33,147 bases of DNA, taken from positions 1 through 33,147 of the forward strand of contig JBBSNG010000001.1 of assembly GCA_038232755.1 (NCBI GenBank), in the 5' to 3' direction. Made by a program: the position numbers and the translations under genes. The stretch's first letter is position 1, and every line of letters begins with the position of its first letter. The notes under the pieces are model-generated. The model saw nothing but the letters and a program-made list of their open reading frames with translations. It ran no database searches and was not told the origin of the DNA. Below, piece after piece: positions 23,910 through 32,845 of the stretch. This stretch comes from Solirubrobacterales bacterium. GTDB lineage: Bacteria > Actinomycetota > Thermoleophilia > Solirubrobacterales > Thermoleophilaceae.

Positions 23910-24797
23910 GTGTCCGTGGTGATGCTGACCCACAACCGCTCCACGCAGACCCTGAGCAGCCTCGGCGAGCTGCAGGCGCTGCCCGAGCGCCCCCCGATCG
24001 TCGTCGTCGACAACGCCTCGAGCGACGGCACTGTGGTGGCGGTGCGCAGCCAGTTTCCGTCCGTGCGCGTGATCGAGCTCCCCGAGAACGTCGGCGCCGC
24101 GGGGCGCAACCACGGCGTCGAGGCGGTGGCCACGCCGTACGTCGCCTTTTCCGACGACGACTCGTGGTGGGCGCCCGGCGCATTGGCCCGCGCCGTCGAG
24201 GCCTTCGACCGCCATCCCCGGCTCGGCGCGGTGCACGCGCGCATCCTCGTCGGCGCCGACGAGCGCGAGGACCCGATCTGTGCCGAGCTGCGCGAGAGCC
24301 CGCTCCCCGGGGATCGCTCGCTGCCCGGCAGGCCGCTGCTCGGATTCCTGGCCTGCGCGATCGTCTTCCGGCGCTCGGCCTTCTCGGGCGTAGGTGGCTT
24401 CGAGCGCCAGGTGATGATCGGCGGCGAGGAGGAGTGGCTCGCCTGCGACCTCGCGGGCGCGGGCTGGGAGATCCGCTACCTGCCCGAGGTCGTCGCCCAC
24501 CACGATCCGCCCGGCCGCGACCTCGCCGCCCGCGACGAGCGCCGTCGCATCGGGCTGCGCAACGCGCTGTGGTTCTCGTGGCTGCGCCGGCCGGTCTCTA
24601 GCTCGCTGCGGCGGACTCTCCATCTCGCCCGGACCACCCCGCACGACCGCCTGACCCTGCTCGGTTTCTGGGACGCGCTGCGCTCGCTGGGTTCACAGGC
24701 GCCGTCGCGCCGGGTGGTCCCTCCCCACGTCGAGCACATGCTGCGTCTGCTCGACCGCCCGCAGATGGAGTCGAAGGTGCGGCGGTACGTGTCCTAG
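23910..24797 (+). CDS. Family 2 glycosyltransferase
   Basis: VSVVMLTHNR, VVVDNASSDGT and FSDDDSWW (DxD) are present in GT2 order. It is divergent from the RpiR gene across about 85 bp. The start is GTG at 23910 or 23916, or ATG at 23922. Confidence 0.85.
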   Translation: MSVVMLTHNRSTQTLSSLGELQALPERPPIVVVDNASSDGTVVAVRSQFPSVRVIELPENVGAAGRNHGVEAVATPYVAFSDDDSWWAPGALARAVEAFDRHPRLGAVHARILVGADEREDPICAELRESPLPGDRSLPGRPLLGFLACAIVFRRSAFSGVGGFERQVMIGGEEEWLACDLAGAGWEIRYLPEVVAHHDPPGRDLAARDERRRIGLRNALWFSWLRRPVSSSLRRTLHLARTTPHDRLTLLGFWDALRSLGSQAPSRRVVPPHVEHMLRLLDRPQMESKVRRYVS

Positions 24798-24809
24798 GGT
24801 GTGCCCTTC

Positions 24810-26669
24810 ATGACCAGCGCCGAGCAGACGCAGGCCGAAGGCGACGCCGCCCACGTCGCCTGGGACATCGAGCCGCTCGTCGACGGCGAGGGCGAGGCCG
24901 GGGTCGAACGCCTGCTCGACCTCGCCACGGCCCGAGCCCGGGCCTTTGCCGAGCGTCACGAGGGCCGGGTGGCCGAGCTCGGCGGCGGCGAGCTCGTCGC
25001 CGCCATGCGCGACCTCGGCGAGATGCAGGAGCTGGCGGGGCGCGCCGGCTCCTACGCGAGCCTGTGGTTCTCGACCAACACCCAGGACGCCCCGCGCGGA
25101 GCGCTCGTGCAGCGCGTCCAGGAGCGCGGTACCGAGATCCAGACCGCGCTGCTGTTCTTCGACCTCGAGTGGGCCGCGCTCGACGACGACCGGGCCGAGG
25201 AGCTGCTGGCCACCGAGGGGCTCGACTTCTGCCGCCACTACCTCGCGACGCTGCGCCGCTACCGCCCGCACCTGCTCACCCAGCCCGAGGAACGGGTCCT
25301 GGCCGAGAAGCGGGTGACCGGCGAGAGCGCGTGGGAGCGGCTCTTCTCCGAGCTGGTCTCCGCCGTCGAGGTCGACGCCCCCCGCGCGGACGGGGTCGGG
25401 TCGAACGGGGAGGGCGCAACCGAGCGCGTCGCTCTCGACGCCGCGCTCAGCCGCCTGACCTCCCCCGACCGCGAGGTACGCCGCACCACCGCCGAGGCGG
25501 TCACCGAGGCGCTGGCTCCCGGGCTGCGGACCCGCGCCTACCTGTTCAACACCCTCCTCCACGACAAGGCGGTCGACGATCGCCTGCGCGGCTACCGCTC
25601 CTGGATCTCCAGCCGCAACCTCGCCAACGAGGCCAGCGACGAGTCGGTCCAGGCGCTGGTCGAGGCGGTCAAGGGTCGCTACGAGCTGCCGCGGCGCTGG
25701 TACCGCCTCAAGGCCCAGCTGCTCGGGATCGATCGGATCGCCGACTACGACCGCATGGCTCCGGTGGTCACCGAGGACGAGACCATGCCCTGGCCCGAGG
25801 CCCGCGAGCTCGTGCTCGAGGCCTACGGTGCCTTCTCGCCCGAGCTCGGCCGCCTCGCGCGCGGCTTCTTCGACGAGAGCCGGATCGACGCGCCGCTGCG
25901 GCCGGGCAAGCGCGGGGGGGCGTTCTGCGCCTACACCGTTCCCTCGAGCCCGTCCTACGTGATGCTCAACTGGACCTCGAAGCGCCGCGACGCGCTCACC
26001 CTGGCCCACGAGCTCGGTCATGGGGTCCACGCCGACCTCGGGGCGAGCCAGGGGATCTACCACCAGCACACGCCGCTGACCCTGGCCGAGACCGCCTCGG
26101 TGTTCGGCGAGGAGATGCTCTTCGCGCGGCTGCTCGAGCAGACCGACTCCGCGGACTCGCGCCTCGCCCTGCTGGCCGGCTCGATCGAGGACTCGATCGC
26201 CACGGTGTTCCGCCAGACCGCGATGAACCAGTTCGAGGACCGCGTGCACAGCGCGCGGCGCGAGGAGGGTGAGCTGCCGGTCGAGCGCTTCGGTGAGCTC
26301 TGGCGGGAGTCCCAGTCCGAGATGCTCGGCGACTCGGTCGAGCTCACCGAAGGCTACGACACGTGGTGGTCCTACATCCCCCACTTCATCCACACGCCGG
26401 GCTACGTCTACGCCTACGCCTACGGGCAGCTGCTGGCCCTGTCGGTCTACGAGCGCTACCTCGAGGAGGGTGAGTCGTTCGTCCCGCTCTACCTCGAGAT
26501 GCTCTCGGCCGGCGGCTCGCGCTCGCCCGAGGAGCTCGGGCGGATCGTCGGCGTAGACCTGGCCGATCCGGGCTTCTGGGACGCGGGGCTGGCGCTCGTC
26601 GAGCGCCAGCTCCAGGAGGCCGAGGCCGCCGCCCGCGAGGTCGTCGGCGACGGCCGGGCCGCCGGCTGA
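24810..26669 (+). CDS. pepF: M3-family oligoendopeptidase (PepF type)
   Basis: The zinc motif HELGHGVH is present, and family length and blocks are typical. The start is ATG at 24810 or GTG at 24801, a few nt after the GT2 stop. Confidence 0.9.
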   Translation: MTSAEQTQAEGDAAHVAWDIEPLVDGEGEAGVERLLDLATARARAFAERHEGRVAELGGGELVAAMRDLGEMQELAGRAGSYASLWFSTNTQDAPRGALVQRVQERGTEIQTALLFFDLEWAALDDDRAEELLATEGLDFCRHYLATLRRYRPHLLTQPEERVLAEKRVTGESAWERLFSELVSAVEVDAPRADGVGSNGEGATERVALDAALSRLTSPDREVRRTTAEAVTEALAPGLRTRAYLFNTLLHDKAVDDRLRGYRSWISSRNLANEASDESVQALVEAVKGRYELPRRWYRLKAQLLGIDRIADYDRMAPVVTEDETMPWPEARELVLEAYGAFSPELGRLARGFFDESRIDAPLRPGKRGGAFCAYTVPSSPSYVMLNWTSKRRDALTLAHELGHGVHADLGASQGIYHQHTPLTLAETASVFGEEMLFARLLEQTDSADSRLALLAGSIEDSIATVFRQTAMNQFEDRVHSARREEGELPVERFGELWRESQSEMLGDSVELTEGYDTWWSYIPHFIHTPGYVYAYAYGQLLALSVYERYLEEGESFVPLYLEMLSAGGSRSPEELGRIVGVDLADPGFWDAGLALVERQLQEAEAAAREVVGDGRAAG

Positions 26670-27421
26670 TGGTCCTCGGCCGCATCGAGCACGACGTCGT
26701 CCCCGGCGTCCACCGCGTCCGCGACTCGTTCGTCAACTGGTACCTCGTCGAGGAGGAGGGGCGGGTGACGGTGGTCGACGCCGGACTGCCGCCCTCGTGG
26801 GAGTCGCTGCACACCGCCCTGGGCCGGATCGGGCGCATCCCCGGGGATATCGAGGCGATCATCCTCACCCACGCCCACGCCGACCACCTCGGTTTCGCCG
26901 AGCGCGCGCGCACCGAGCTGGGCGTTGCGGTCTGGGCTCACGAGGACGAGGCGTGGCTCACGCGCCACCCGCTGCGCTACAAGACGGAGCGGCTGCCGAT
27001 CCCCTACCTCCGCCACGCCGAGGCCCGACGGTCGCTGCGCGGCCTGCTGCGCACCGGAGCGCTGTTCACGCAGGCGATCGGCGCGGTCAGCACCTTCGAG
27101 GACGGCGACGCCCTCGATCTACCCGGGCGACCGCGAGTGGTCTACACGCCGGGCCACACCTTCGGCCACTGCTCGTTTCACCTACCCGACCGCGATGTGG
27201 TCATCGCCGGCGACGCCCTCGTCACCCTCGACCCCTACACCGGCGCTACAGGGCCGCGGGTGCCACCGCGCGGCTCGACGGCAGACTCACGCCAGGCCGT
27301 CCGCTCGCTCGATCGCCTGGCCGAGACCGCCGCGGCCACGCTCCTGCCGGGACACGGCGAGCCTTGGCGCGACGGCGCGGCCGAGGCCGCGCAGCTTGCC
27401 CGGAGTGCTGGAGTGGCCTGA
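26669..27421 (+). CDS. MBL-fold metallo-hydrolase
   Basis: LTHAHADHLG (the HxHxDH motif) and the downstream TPGHTFGH and LPGHGEP blocks are present. The ATG overlaps the pepF TGA by 1 nt. Confidence 0.85.
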   Translation: MVLGRIEHDVVPGVHRVRDSFVNWYLVEEEGRVTVVDAGLPPSWESLHTALGRIGRIPGDIEAIILTHAHADHLGFAERARTELGVAVWAHEDEAWLTRHPLRYKTERLPIPYLRHAEARRSLRGLLRTGALFTQAIGAVSTFEDGDALDLPGRPRVVYTPGHTFGHCSFHLPDRDVVIAGDALVTLDPYTGATGPRVPPRGSTADSRQAVRSLDRLAETAAATLLPGHGEPWRDGAAEAAQLARSAGVA

Positions 27422-27465
27422 GGGCGACGACTTCGGCGACCGCGCGTCGGGGCGCTAGTCGGCGT

Positions 27466-27867
27466 TCACCCGGACACGTCGCAGGTCGCTCCGTCGCTCG
27501 TCCAGCAGCGGACGATGTCGCGCATCGACAGGATGCCGAGAACCTCCGAGCGGTCGTCGAGAACGATGACGTGGCGGACCGACTTCTTGGTCATCTCCTC
27601 GGCCGCACGCTCGAGCGGCCAGTCGACCTGGGCGAAGATCAGGTTCGACGAGAGATGGTCTCGGACCAGTTCGGTGTTGAAGTCCTGACCCGCTCCGCTC
27701 GAGTGCAGCAGGTCGCGCTCGGTGATGATGCCGGGCCCCTGCCCGTCGTTGTCCATCACGACCGCCGCGCCAACGTTGCGCTCGGTCATCCGCCGTGCGG
27801 CGTCTTGGAGCGTGTGGCTGGGCCCCACGGTGACGACGATCTCGTTCATTCCGTCGCGGACCATCAT
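27466..27867 (-). CDS. CBS-pair domain protein
   Basis: The 133-aa product has two CBS motifs (VTVGPSHTLQDAARRMTERNVGAAVVMD and VDWPLERAAEEMTKKSVRHVIVLDD). Confidence 0.85.
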   Translation of the reverse strand: MMVRDGMNEIVVTVGPSHTLQDAARRMTERNVGAAVVMDNDGQGPGIITERDLLHSSGAGQDFNTELVRDHLSSNLIFAQVDWPLERAAEEMTKKSVRHVIVLDDRSEVLGILSMRDIVRCWTSDGATCDVSG

Positions 27868-27918
27868 CTGATTGAGAACTCCCTCTCGTGCGGACCGCCA
27901 CGAACCTTAACCGAACGG

Positions 27919-27932
27919 CTACGCGCGCGTAG
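27919..27932. repeat. Perfect 14-bp palindrome CTACGCGCGCGTAG between the channel and CBS genes
   Basis: It was read directly from the sequence. It lies 6 nt downstream of the channel gene stop (27938) on the minus strand and upstream of the CBS gene start. There is no T-tract. Confidence 0.3.
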
Positions 27933-27937
27933 GTCGC

Positions 27938-29314
27938 CTACGCGGTCGGCTCCCGTACCGCCACGAACGGCTCGATCGCACCCTCACTGTCGACGAGGTA
28001 GAGGGTGCCCTCGTAGGGAAACGCGGTCTCGGCGCGGTACCCGAGGGCGATGGCTGCCAGTGCCGTGCCCGCGATCCGGTGTACGTCGCGGACCACCCCG
28101 ATGTGAAAGAGGGAGCGAACCTCGCTGGTCAGGTCGCCGTCGCCGGCCCGCAGCGCGATGCGGAGGTCGTCGCGGACGCCCAGCGCCGCCACTGAGACGC
28201 CGATGTTCTCGAGCTCGTCGGAGGTGACCGCGGCCAGCGCCCGCGCGCGGCCGAGCGACACCCGCCGCAGCAGCCTCTGGCTCTCACCCCGTCCGAGCAC
28301 CACCGGCACGCGCTCCTCCTTGGCGCGCGCGATGTTCTGTGCCTCGGCGTCGCGCTCGATCGCGACCACGGGAACGCCGAGGTCGCGCAGGAGGAGGCAC
28401 AGCCGCAGGCCGACCTGACCGAGTCCGACGACGACCACGTGGTCGCGGCGCGGAACCGCCGACGAGCCGACGATTCCGGTCAGGCGCCGGTCGAGGAGGC
28501 GGTTGACCAGGCCCGCGGTCAGGACCGCCGCGAACCCCACGGTGAGCAGCATGCCCGCGGCCGAGAACAACTTGAACCACGCGGGTCCCTGATCGGCCTC
28601 CGTGTTCGGGCCCACGGTGACCGTCACCTTCGCGGTGACGTAGACCGCGTCGACGACCGAGAGACCGAGAGTGAGCGCCGCCACGACCGTCTCGAGGACG
28701 AGCACGGCGAGGAACCCGGCCAGCCCGACGACGAGGATGCGCGCGCTCGGGTCGAATGGACTCGCGAGCGCCTCGAGTCCCCTCAGCAGGCGCCGAGCTC
28801 GGCCGGTGCGGGGAGCTTCGAGGGCGCGACGGGCGGGCCGACCGCCTCGGGCCTCGAAGCCGGCGCTGGCGGAGGGCGTGTCTATCAGGGACATCAGCTG
28901 AGGATCGAGACACGGACCGGCAAGCGAGGGTGCGACGATGTCGGCCATGGAGAGGACCCGGACGTTCTCGACGGTCCGCTCGAGCTGATCCGCCACGCCG
29001 CGCCCGAAGATCGTCACGAGCAGCGGGATGCCGGGGCGCGTGTGGGCCACGACGAGAGCGATCCGCAGCGAGACGACGTCCGAGCGCGAGATGACGACGA
29101 CGGTGTCCACCTCGTTCTCGAGTGCGTCGCCGATGTCGCGGTCGCTCGGCTCGATCAGGCGACGGACGGTCGCCCCGCCGGTGTCGAGCGCGCGTCCGGT
29201 GGTGTCGGCCAGCGTTCCGTGACCGACGAGGAGGACACGGCGGCGGGCGGAGCCGGCTTCGGGCCCCCGGTCGGCCTCTGCCGTCCCGCGGTGTCGCGCC
29301 GTCGTATCAGCCAC
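27938..29314 (-). CDS. RCK/TrkA-N domain ion channel-like protein (RCK - 2TM pore - RCK)
   Basis: There is an N-terminal Rossmann-like segment (RVLLVGHGTLADTTGRAL), two transmembrane segments flanking a pore-like TVTVGPNTEAD, and then a TrkA-N domain (HVVVVGLGQVGLRLCLLLRDLGVPVVAIERD). The GTG start overlaps the SDR stop by 8 nt. Confidence 0.7.
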   Translation of the reverse strand: MADTTARHRGTAEADRGPEAGSARRRVLLVGHGTLADTTGRALDTGGATVRRLIEPSDRDIGDALENEVDTVVVISRSDVVSLRIALVVAHTRPGIPLLVTIFGRGVADQLERTVENVRVLSMADIVAPSLAGPCLDPQLMSLIDTPSASAGFEARGGRPARRALEAPRTGRARRLLRGLEALASPFDPSARILVVGLAGFLAVLVLETVVAALTLGLSVVDAVYVTAKVTVTVGPNTEADQGPAWFKLFSAAGMLLTVGFAAVLTAGLVNRLLDRRLTGIVGSSAVPRRDHVVVVGLGQVGLRLCLLLRDLGVPVVAIERDAEAQNIARAKEERVPVVLGRGESQRLLRRVSLGRARALAAVTSDELENIGVSVAALGVRDDLRIALRAGDGDLTSEVRSLFHIGVVRDVHRIAGTALAAIALGYRAETAFPYEGTLYLVDSEGAIEPFVAVREPTA

Positions 29315-30164
29315 CCCGGGTCAGCTCCTCGCTGAGCTCCCACAGCCGTCGGCGGGCGCTGGGGTCGTAGGCCTGGCGGTCGGCGCGCGACTCCTTGAGT
29401 CCGTCGAAGAAGCGACCAGTGACCCCGTCGAGCTCGTCGGCGACCGCGAGCCGCGTCAACGCCTCGACGCCCTCGGCCACCGTGCTTCGAGCGCGCCCGA
29501 CGTGATCGCGGACCATCTTGGTCTCCATGAGGGTGGCGGGATGCAGCGCGTTGACGGTGATGCCCTGCTCCCCGCCGAGGCGCTCGGCCAGCTCGAAGGA
29601 GAACATGATCTGCGCGAGCTTGCTCTGACCGTAGGCGCGAGAGCCGCTGTAGCCGCGCTCGAGCATGACGTCGTCGAAGTCGATCGGACTCTGCCCGATC
29701 GAGGCCACGTTCACGATCCGCGCCGGCGCCGAGCGCCGCAGGAGGGGAAGCAGCAGCTCGCTGAGGAGAAAGTGCGAGAGGTAGTTGACGGCGAAGGTGA
29801 GCTCATAGCCATCGTGGCTCAACTCGCGCTCGTCGACGATGATCCCGCCGTTGTTGACGAGCACGTCGAGGCGCTCGTGGGTCTTCTCGACCTCGGCGGC
29901 GAGGCGGCGGACCTCCGCGAGTGAGGACAGGTCGGCGACGTGGAGGTAAGCGCTCCGCGCACCGGCGGCTCGCAGCTCGGCCAGGGTCTCCTCGCCGCGG
30001 TCGCGGGAGCGCCCGTGGACGAGGACCGTCGCGCCGCCGGAGGCCAGCTCGTGGGCGGTGGCCCGCCCGAGCCCGTCGGTCGCGCCGGTGATGAGGATGG
30101 TTTGGCGTTCAATCGGGTCCACTCGCTCCCATGTTCCCCGCCCGCCACTTTGCTCACCTGCCAC
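29307..30164 (-). CDS. Short-chain dehydrogenase/reductase (SDR) family oxidoreductase
   Basis: The motifs TGATDGLG (TGxxxGxG), NNGG and YGQSK (YxxxK) are present. Codon bias before about 30110 is poor, so GTG at 30122 is a likely alternative start. Confidence 0.85.
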   Translation of the reverse strand: MAGEQSGGRGTWERVDPIERQTILITGATDGLGRATAHELASGGATVLVHGRSRDRGEETLAELRAAGARSAYLHVADLSSLAEVRRLAAEVEKTHERLDVLVNNGGIIVDERELSHDGYELTFAVNYLSHFLLSELLLPLLRRSAPARIVNVASIGQSPIDFDDVMLERGYSGSRAYGQSKLAQIMFSFELAERLGGEQGITVNALHPATLMETKMVRDHVGRARSTVAEGVEALTRLAVADELDGVTGRFFDGLKESRADRQAYDPSARRRLWELSEELTRGG

Positions 30165-30199
30165 TTGTCGAGACGACGGGATCTAGGCTTGGAGGCGCG

Positions 30200-30787
30200 A
30201 TGTCCGTCCCCCGGCTCCCTCGTCTGGTCGTCTCGGCGCTTCTGGCGGCCGTGCTCGTCGCCGGCTGCGGGGGCTCCGACACCCAGATTCCGGCCGGGGT
30301 CGCCCAAGCTCTCGTGCGCGAGATCGACAGCATCGAGAGTCGGGTGAGCGCGGGTGAGTGCCGGCAGGCGAAGTCGAGCATGCAGCAACTCGGCCGGACG
30401 GCTGGAGAGCTTCCCGAGGACGTCGACACGGATGTACGCACTACCCTCGCGGGCGGGATCGACCGGCTCGGCCGGCTCGTCAGGGCTGAGTGCAAGCAGA
30501 AGCCCAAGCCGACGCCGAAGCCCGAACCGGTCGAGGAGGCCCCCGAGCCGGAGTACGTGCCGCCGGCGGTCGACACCGCTCCGGAGCCCGCGCCGGAGCC
30601 CGCGCCGGAGGTCGAGCCTCAGCCTCAGGAAGAGCCCAAGCAGCAGGATCCGGCTCCGGAGGAAGAACCGGCGAACGAGCAGCCGAAGCAGGAGCCCAAT
30701 CAGTCCGGCCAACCGACCGAGGAGCCGAAGTCCGACGGCGACGGCGGCTCCGACGTCTGCCCTCCGGGAGACTCCGCCACCTGCTGA
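30200..30787 (+). CDS. Lipoprotein with a Pro/Glu/Lys-rich low-complexity C-terminal tail
   Basis: ATG at 30200 has GGAGG 5 nt upstream. There is a signal peptide plus lipobox (LVVSALLAAVLVAGCGG). The C-terminal region is KPKPTPKPEPVEEAPEPE...PAPEPAPEVEPQPQEEPKQQ. Confidence 0.7.
   Translation: MSVPRLPRLVVSALLAAVLVAGCGGSDTQIPAGVAQALVREIDSIESRVSAGECRQAKSSMQQLGRTAGELPEDVDTDVRTTLAGGIDRLGRLVRAECKQKPKPTPKPEPVEEAPEPEYVPPAVDTAPEPAPEPAPEVEPQPQEEPKQQDPAPEEEPANEQPKQEPNQSGQPTEEPKSDGDGGSDVCPPGDSATC
30581..30610 (+). repeat. 12-bp tandem repeat CCGGAGCCCGCG x2.5 inside the lipoprotein gene
   Basis: The direct repeat was read at 30581-30592 and 30593-30604, with a partial third copy to 30610. It encodes PEPAPEPAPE. 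Confidence 0.8.
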
Positions 30788-30797
30788 GCCCTCGCCC

Positions 30798-32222
30798 TCA
30801 GCACCCGCGGCGTTCGGGTGCGCGCACGTCGCGGAACTTCACCAGCCGGTCCAGGATCGGCGTCGCCAGCGATCGGGCGGAGTCAGAGCTCGTGGCTCGG
30901 GTCGCCGCGCCGTCGAGCGCCGTGGATGCGTAGGTGGCACTAGTGCCCGGATGCGAGCGGACGTAGCGCTCGAGCTCGAAGAGCACCACGCGGCTGCCCT
31001 GGTCCGTGCGCCTCGCGAGCGCCGGGTCGTTCGAGTCTGTGACCCGAACGAGCTCGTCCTGGTAGGGGAAGACCCTCACCGCCTCCGGGATGAAGGCGTG
31101 GTTCCAGGCGCCCTGCTCGGTCTGGAGGTTGCTGAACATCGTGAACGAGCTCTCGGTCTTGAGCCCGAGGTAGGGGCTGAGGCTGTTCACCACGAGCACG
31201 AGGATTCCGACGACGAAGATCGGATGCCCGACCCTCAGCGAGCCCCGCGGACGGAGCCTCGGGCCGCCGCGTCGCAGGGCGAGCCCGAGCAGGAGCGCCG
31301 CGGACAGCGCGAGAGCCACTAGGAGGAGCCGCGTGCCGTTCGAGATCAGCGCGCCTGCCAGGCTCGGCTCGGAGGCGAAGACGACGGCGGCCGCGAGCCA
31401 GCAGCCGATCAGGACAGGCAGGACAACCCGAGAGCCGGCCCGGCGCTGGGCCCGCCCGGCCCAGCGGCCGAGCCCGGGGCGCTCCACGGCGAGGGCGCGC
31501 AGTCGACTCGGCGTGTCGGGGGGCAGAAAGGCGACGTACAGGGCCAGCGCGAGCGCGGAGAACGGAACGTTGCCGGCGAGGGCGAGCACGGTATGGAACC
31601 CGCCGCCCAGGGCGAGACCGACGAGGCGGGTCCGCGGGACGGCGAGCAGCAGGGGCAGCGCGACCTCGATCGCCACGGTGCCGTAGATCGAAGGGGCGAC
31701 CCGCCAGGCGCCGTCGAGGAGCGACGGGTCGAACCACGCGACCCGGCTGGACAGAGCCGCCGCGCAGCTGACCGCGCCGTCGAAGAAGCCCGTGTTCATC
31801 TTGGCGATCGCAGCGGCCGCGTAGACGACGAGGAGCTGCACTCGCAGGAACGGAGCGATCCGCTCGAACAGCGCGCCGGGTCCCGGTAGGCGGCGGCTTC
31901 TCGCGGTCGTCCAGCCCACATAGGTCAGCAAGCAGGCGCAGCTCACGAGCACGAGCAGCGTGTGGCTGCCCACGTCGGGCATGTCGAGCGCCACGGAGAC
32001 GACCTCCGCCGCGACCATCGTCAGGAAGCGGCGAACCGAGGTGGGCCGAAGCATCGTCCACAGCGCCGCGACGACCACCACGAAGTGTGGGGAGAGGACC
32101 TCGAAGCCGAACCACCGGAGCTGATGAAGGATCAGGGAGAGGGCAAAGGCCGCGGCGAAGAGGCCGAACAGCCAGGTCGCGTCGGCGGGCGGGGCGGCCC
32201 GGCCGGGCGGCGGCGTGCTCAT
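30798..32222 (-). CDS. HTTM-domain (vitamin K-dependent gamma-carboxylase-like) integral membrane protein
   Basis: The 474-aa multi-pass membrane protein has RVQLLVVYAAAAIAKMNTGFFDG, IEVALPLLLAVPRTRLVGLALGGGFHTVLALAGNVPFSAL and a late SFTMFSN block. These resemble HTTM conserved blocks. The assignment is by eye only. Confidence 0.5.
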   Translation of the reverse strand: MSTPPPGRAAPPADATWLFGLFAAAFALSLILHQLRWFGFEVLSPHFVVVVAALWTMLRPTSVRRFLTMVAAEVVSVALDMPDVGSHTLLVLVSCACLLTYVGWTTARSRRLPGPGALFERIAPFLRVQLLVVYAAAAIAKMNTGFFDGAVSCAAALSSRVAWFDPSLLDGAWRVAPSIYGTVAIEVALPLLLAVPRTRLVGLALGGGFHTVLALAGNVPFSALALALYVAFLPPDTPSRLRALAVERPGLGRWAGRAQRRAGSRVVLPVLIGCWLAAAVVFASEPSLAGALISNGTRLLLVALALSAALLLGLALRRGGPRLRPRGSLRVGHPIFVVGILVLVVNSLSPYLGLKTESSFTMFSNLQTEQGAWNHAFIPEAVRVFPYQDELVRVTDSNDPALARRTDQGSRVVLFELERYVRSHPGTSATYASTALDGAATRATSSDSARSLATPILDRLVKFRDVRAPERRGC

Positions 32223-32370
32223 GCGAGCGATCGTCGCAGGCAGTCGGGTTGGCAGCCGAGGGTTCGATGAGTCCTGCTGCCGGCCGCGGTCTCAGGGACA
32301 GTGTTCGTTGCCGAGCCTCGACGCGCCCGCAACGTCCGCAACCACCACCACTACCCGAAGGAGCCCCTTC

Positions 32371-32733
32371 ATGCCCAACTACGTCGATGGATTCGTACTG
32401 CCCGTCCCCGAGGACAGACTCGATGACTATCTCCGCACGGCGCGCGAGGCGGCCAAGATCTGGCGCGAGCACGGCGCGCTCGAAGTCCGGGAGTGCGTCG
32501 CCGACGACGTGAAGGTGGGCGAGGTCACGTCCTTCCCGCGCAGCGTCCAGGTCGAGCAGGGCGAGACCGTCGTCTTCGCCTGGATCCTGTTCGAGTCGCG
32601 CGAGCACCGCGACCGCGTGAACGCCGAGGTTATGGAGGACCCGCGCTTTAAGGAGATGATGACCCCGGAGGCCATGCCCGTCGACGGGCAGCGCATGATC
32701 TTCGGCGGCTTCAGCGTCGCCGTGGAGGAGTGA
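32371..32733 (+). CDS. DUF1428 family protein
   Basis: ATG at 32371 has GAAGGAG upstream. The 120-aa product starts MPNYVDGFVLPVPEDRLDDYLRTAREAAKIWREHGALEVRECVADDV, which matches the conserved DUF1428 N-terminus. Confidence 0.8.
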   Translation: MPNYVDGFVLPVPEDRLDDYLRTAREAAKIWREHGALEVRECVADDVKVGEVTSFPRSVQVEQGETVVFAWILFESREHRDRVNAEVMEDPRFKEMMTPEAMPVDGQRMIFGGFSVAVEE

Positions 32734-32845
32734 ACGTTCGTCACTCCGGCCGACGCCGCAAACCTCGCCGGTGAGGACGGTGGCGACGAACGGCTCGTGC
32801 GTGCGGGGAGCGCGCGTTCCGAGCCGGTCGTCGCCAGGCGTTACC

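Noticed and set aside
22359-24644. 761-aa minus-strand ORF spanning vapB, the RpiR gene and the GT2 gene
   Set aside because: It runs in the wrong frame or strand through three recognisable genes and is an artefact of stop-codon scarcity. Only the short stretch at about 22790-22930 shows real coding-like bias, and that stretch is reported separately as a possible gene remnant.
24693-26393. 566-aa minus-strand ORF opposite pepF
   Set aside because: The plus strand encodes an M3 peptidase with an intact HELGHGVH motif. The antisense product has no motifs and is rich in Gly/Arg/Val/Leu/Glu repeats.
30940-32607. 555-aa minus-strand ORF in an alternative frame of the HTTM gene
   Set aside because: The product is Arg/Pro/Gly-rich with no transmembrane segments. 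The overlapping 30798-32222 frame gives a coherent multi-pass membrane protein with better codon bias.
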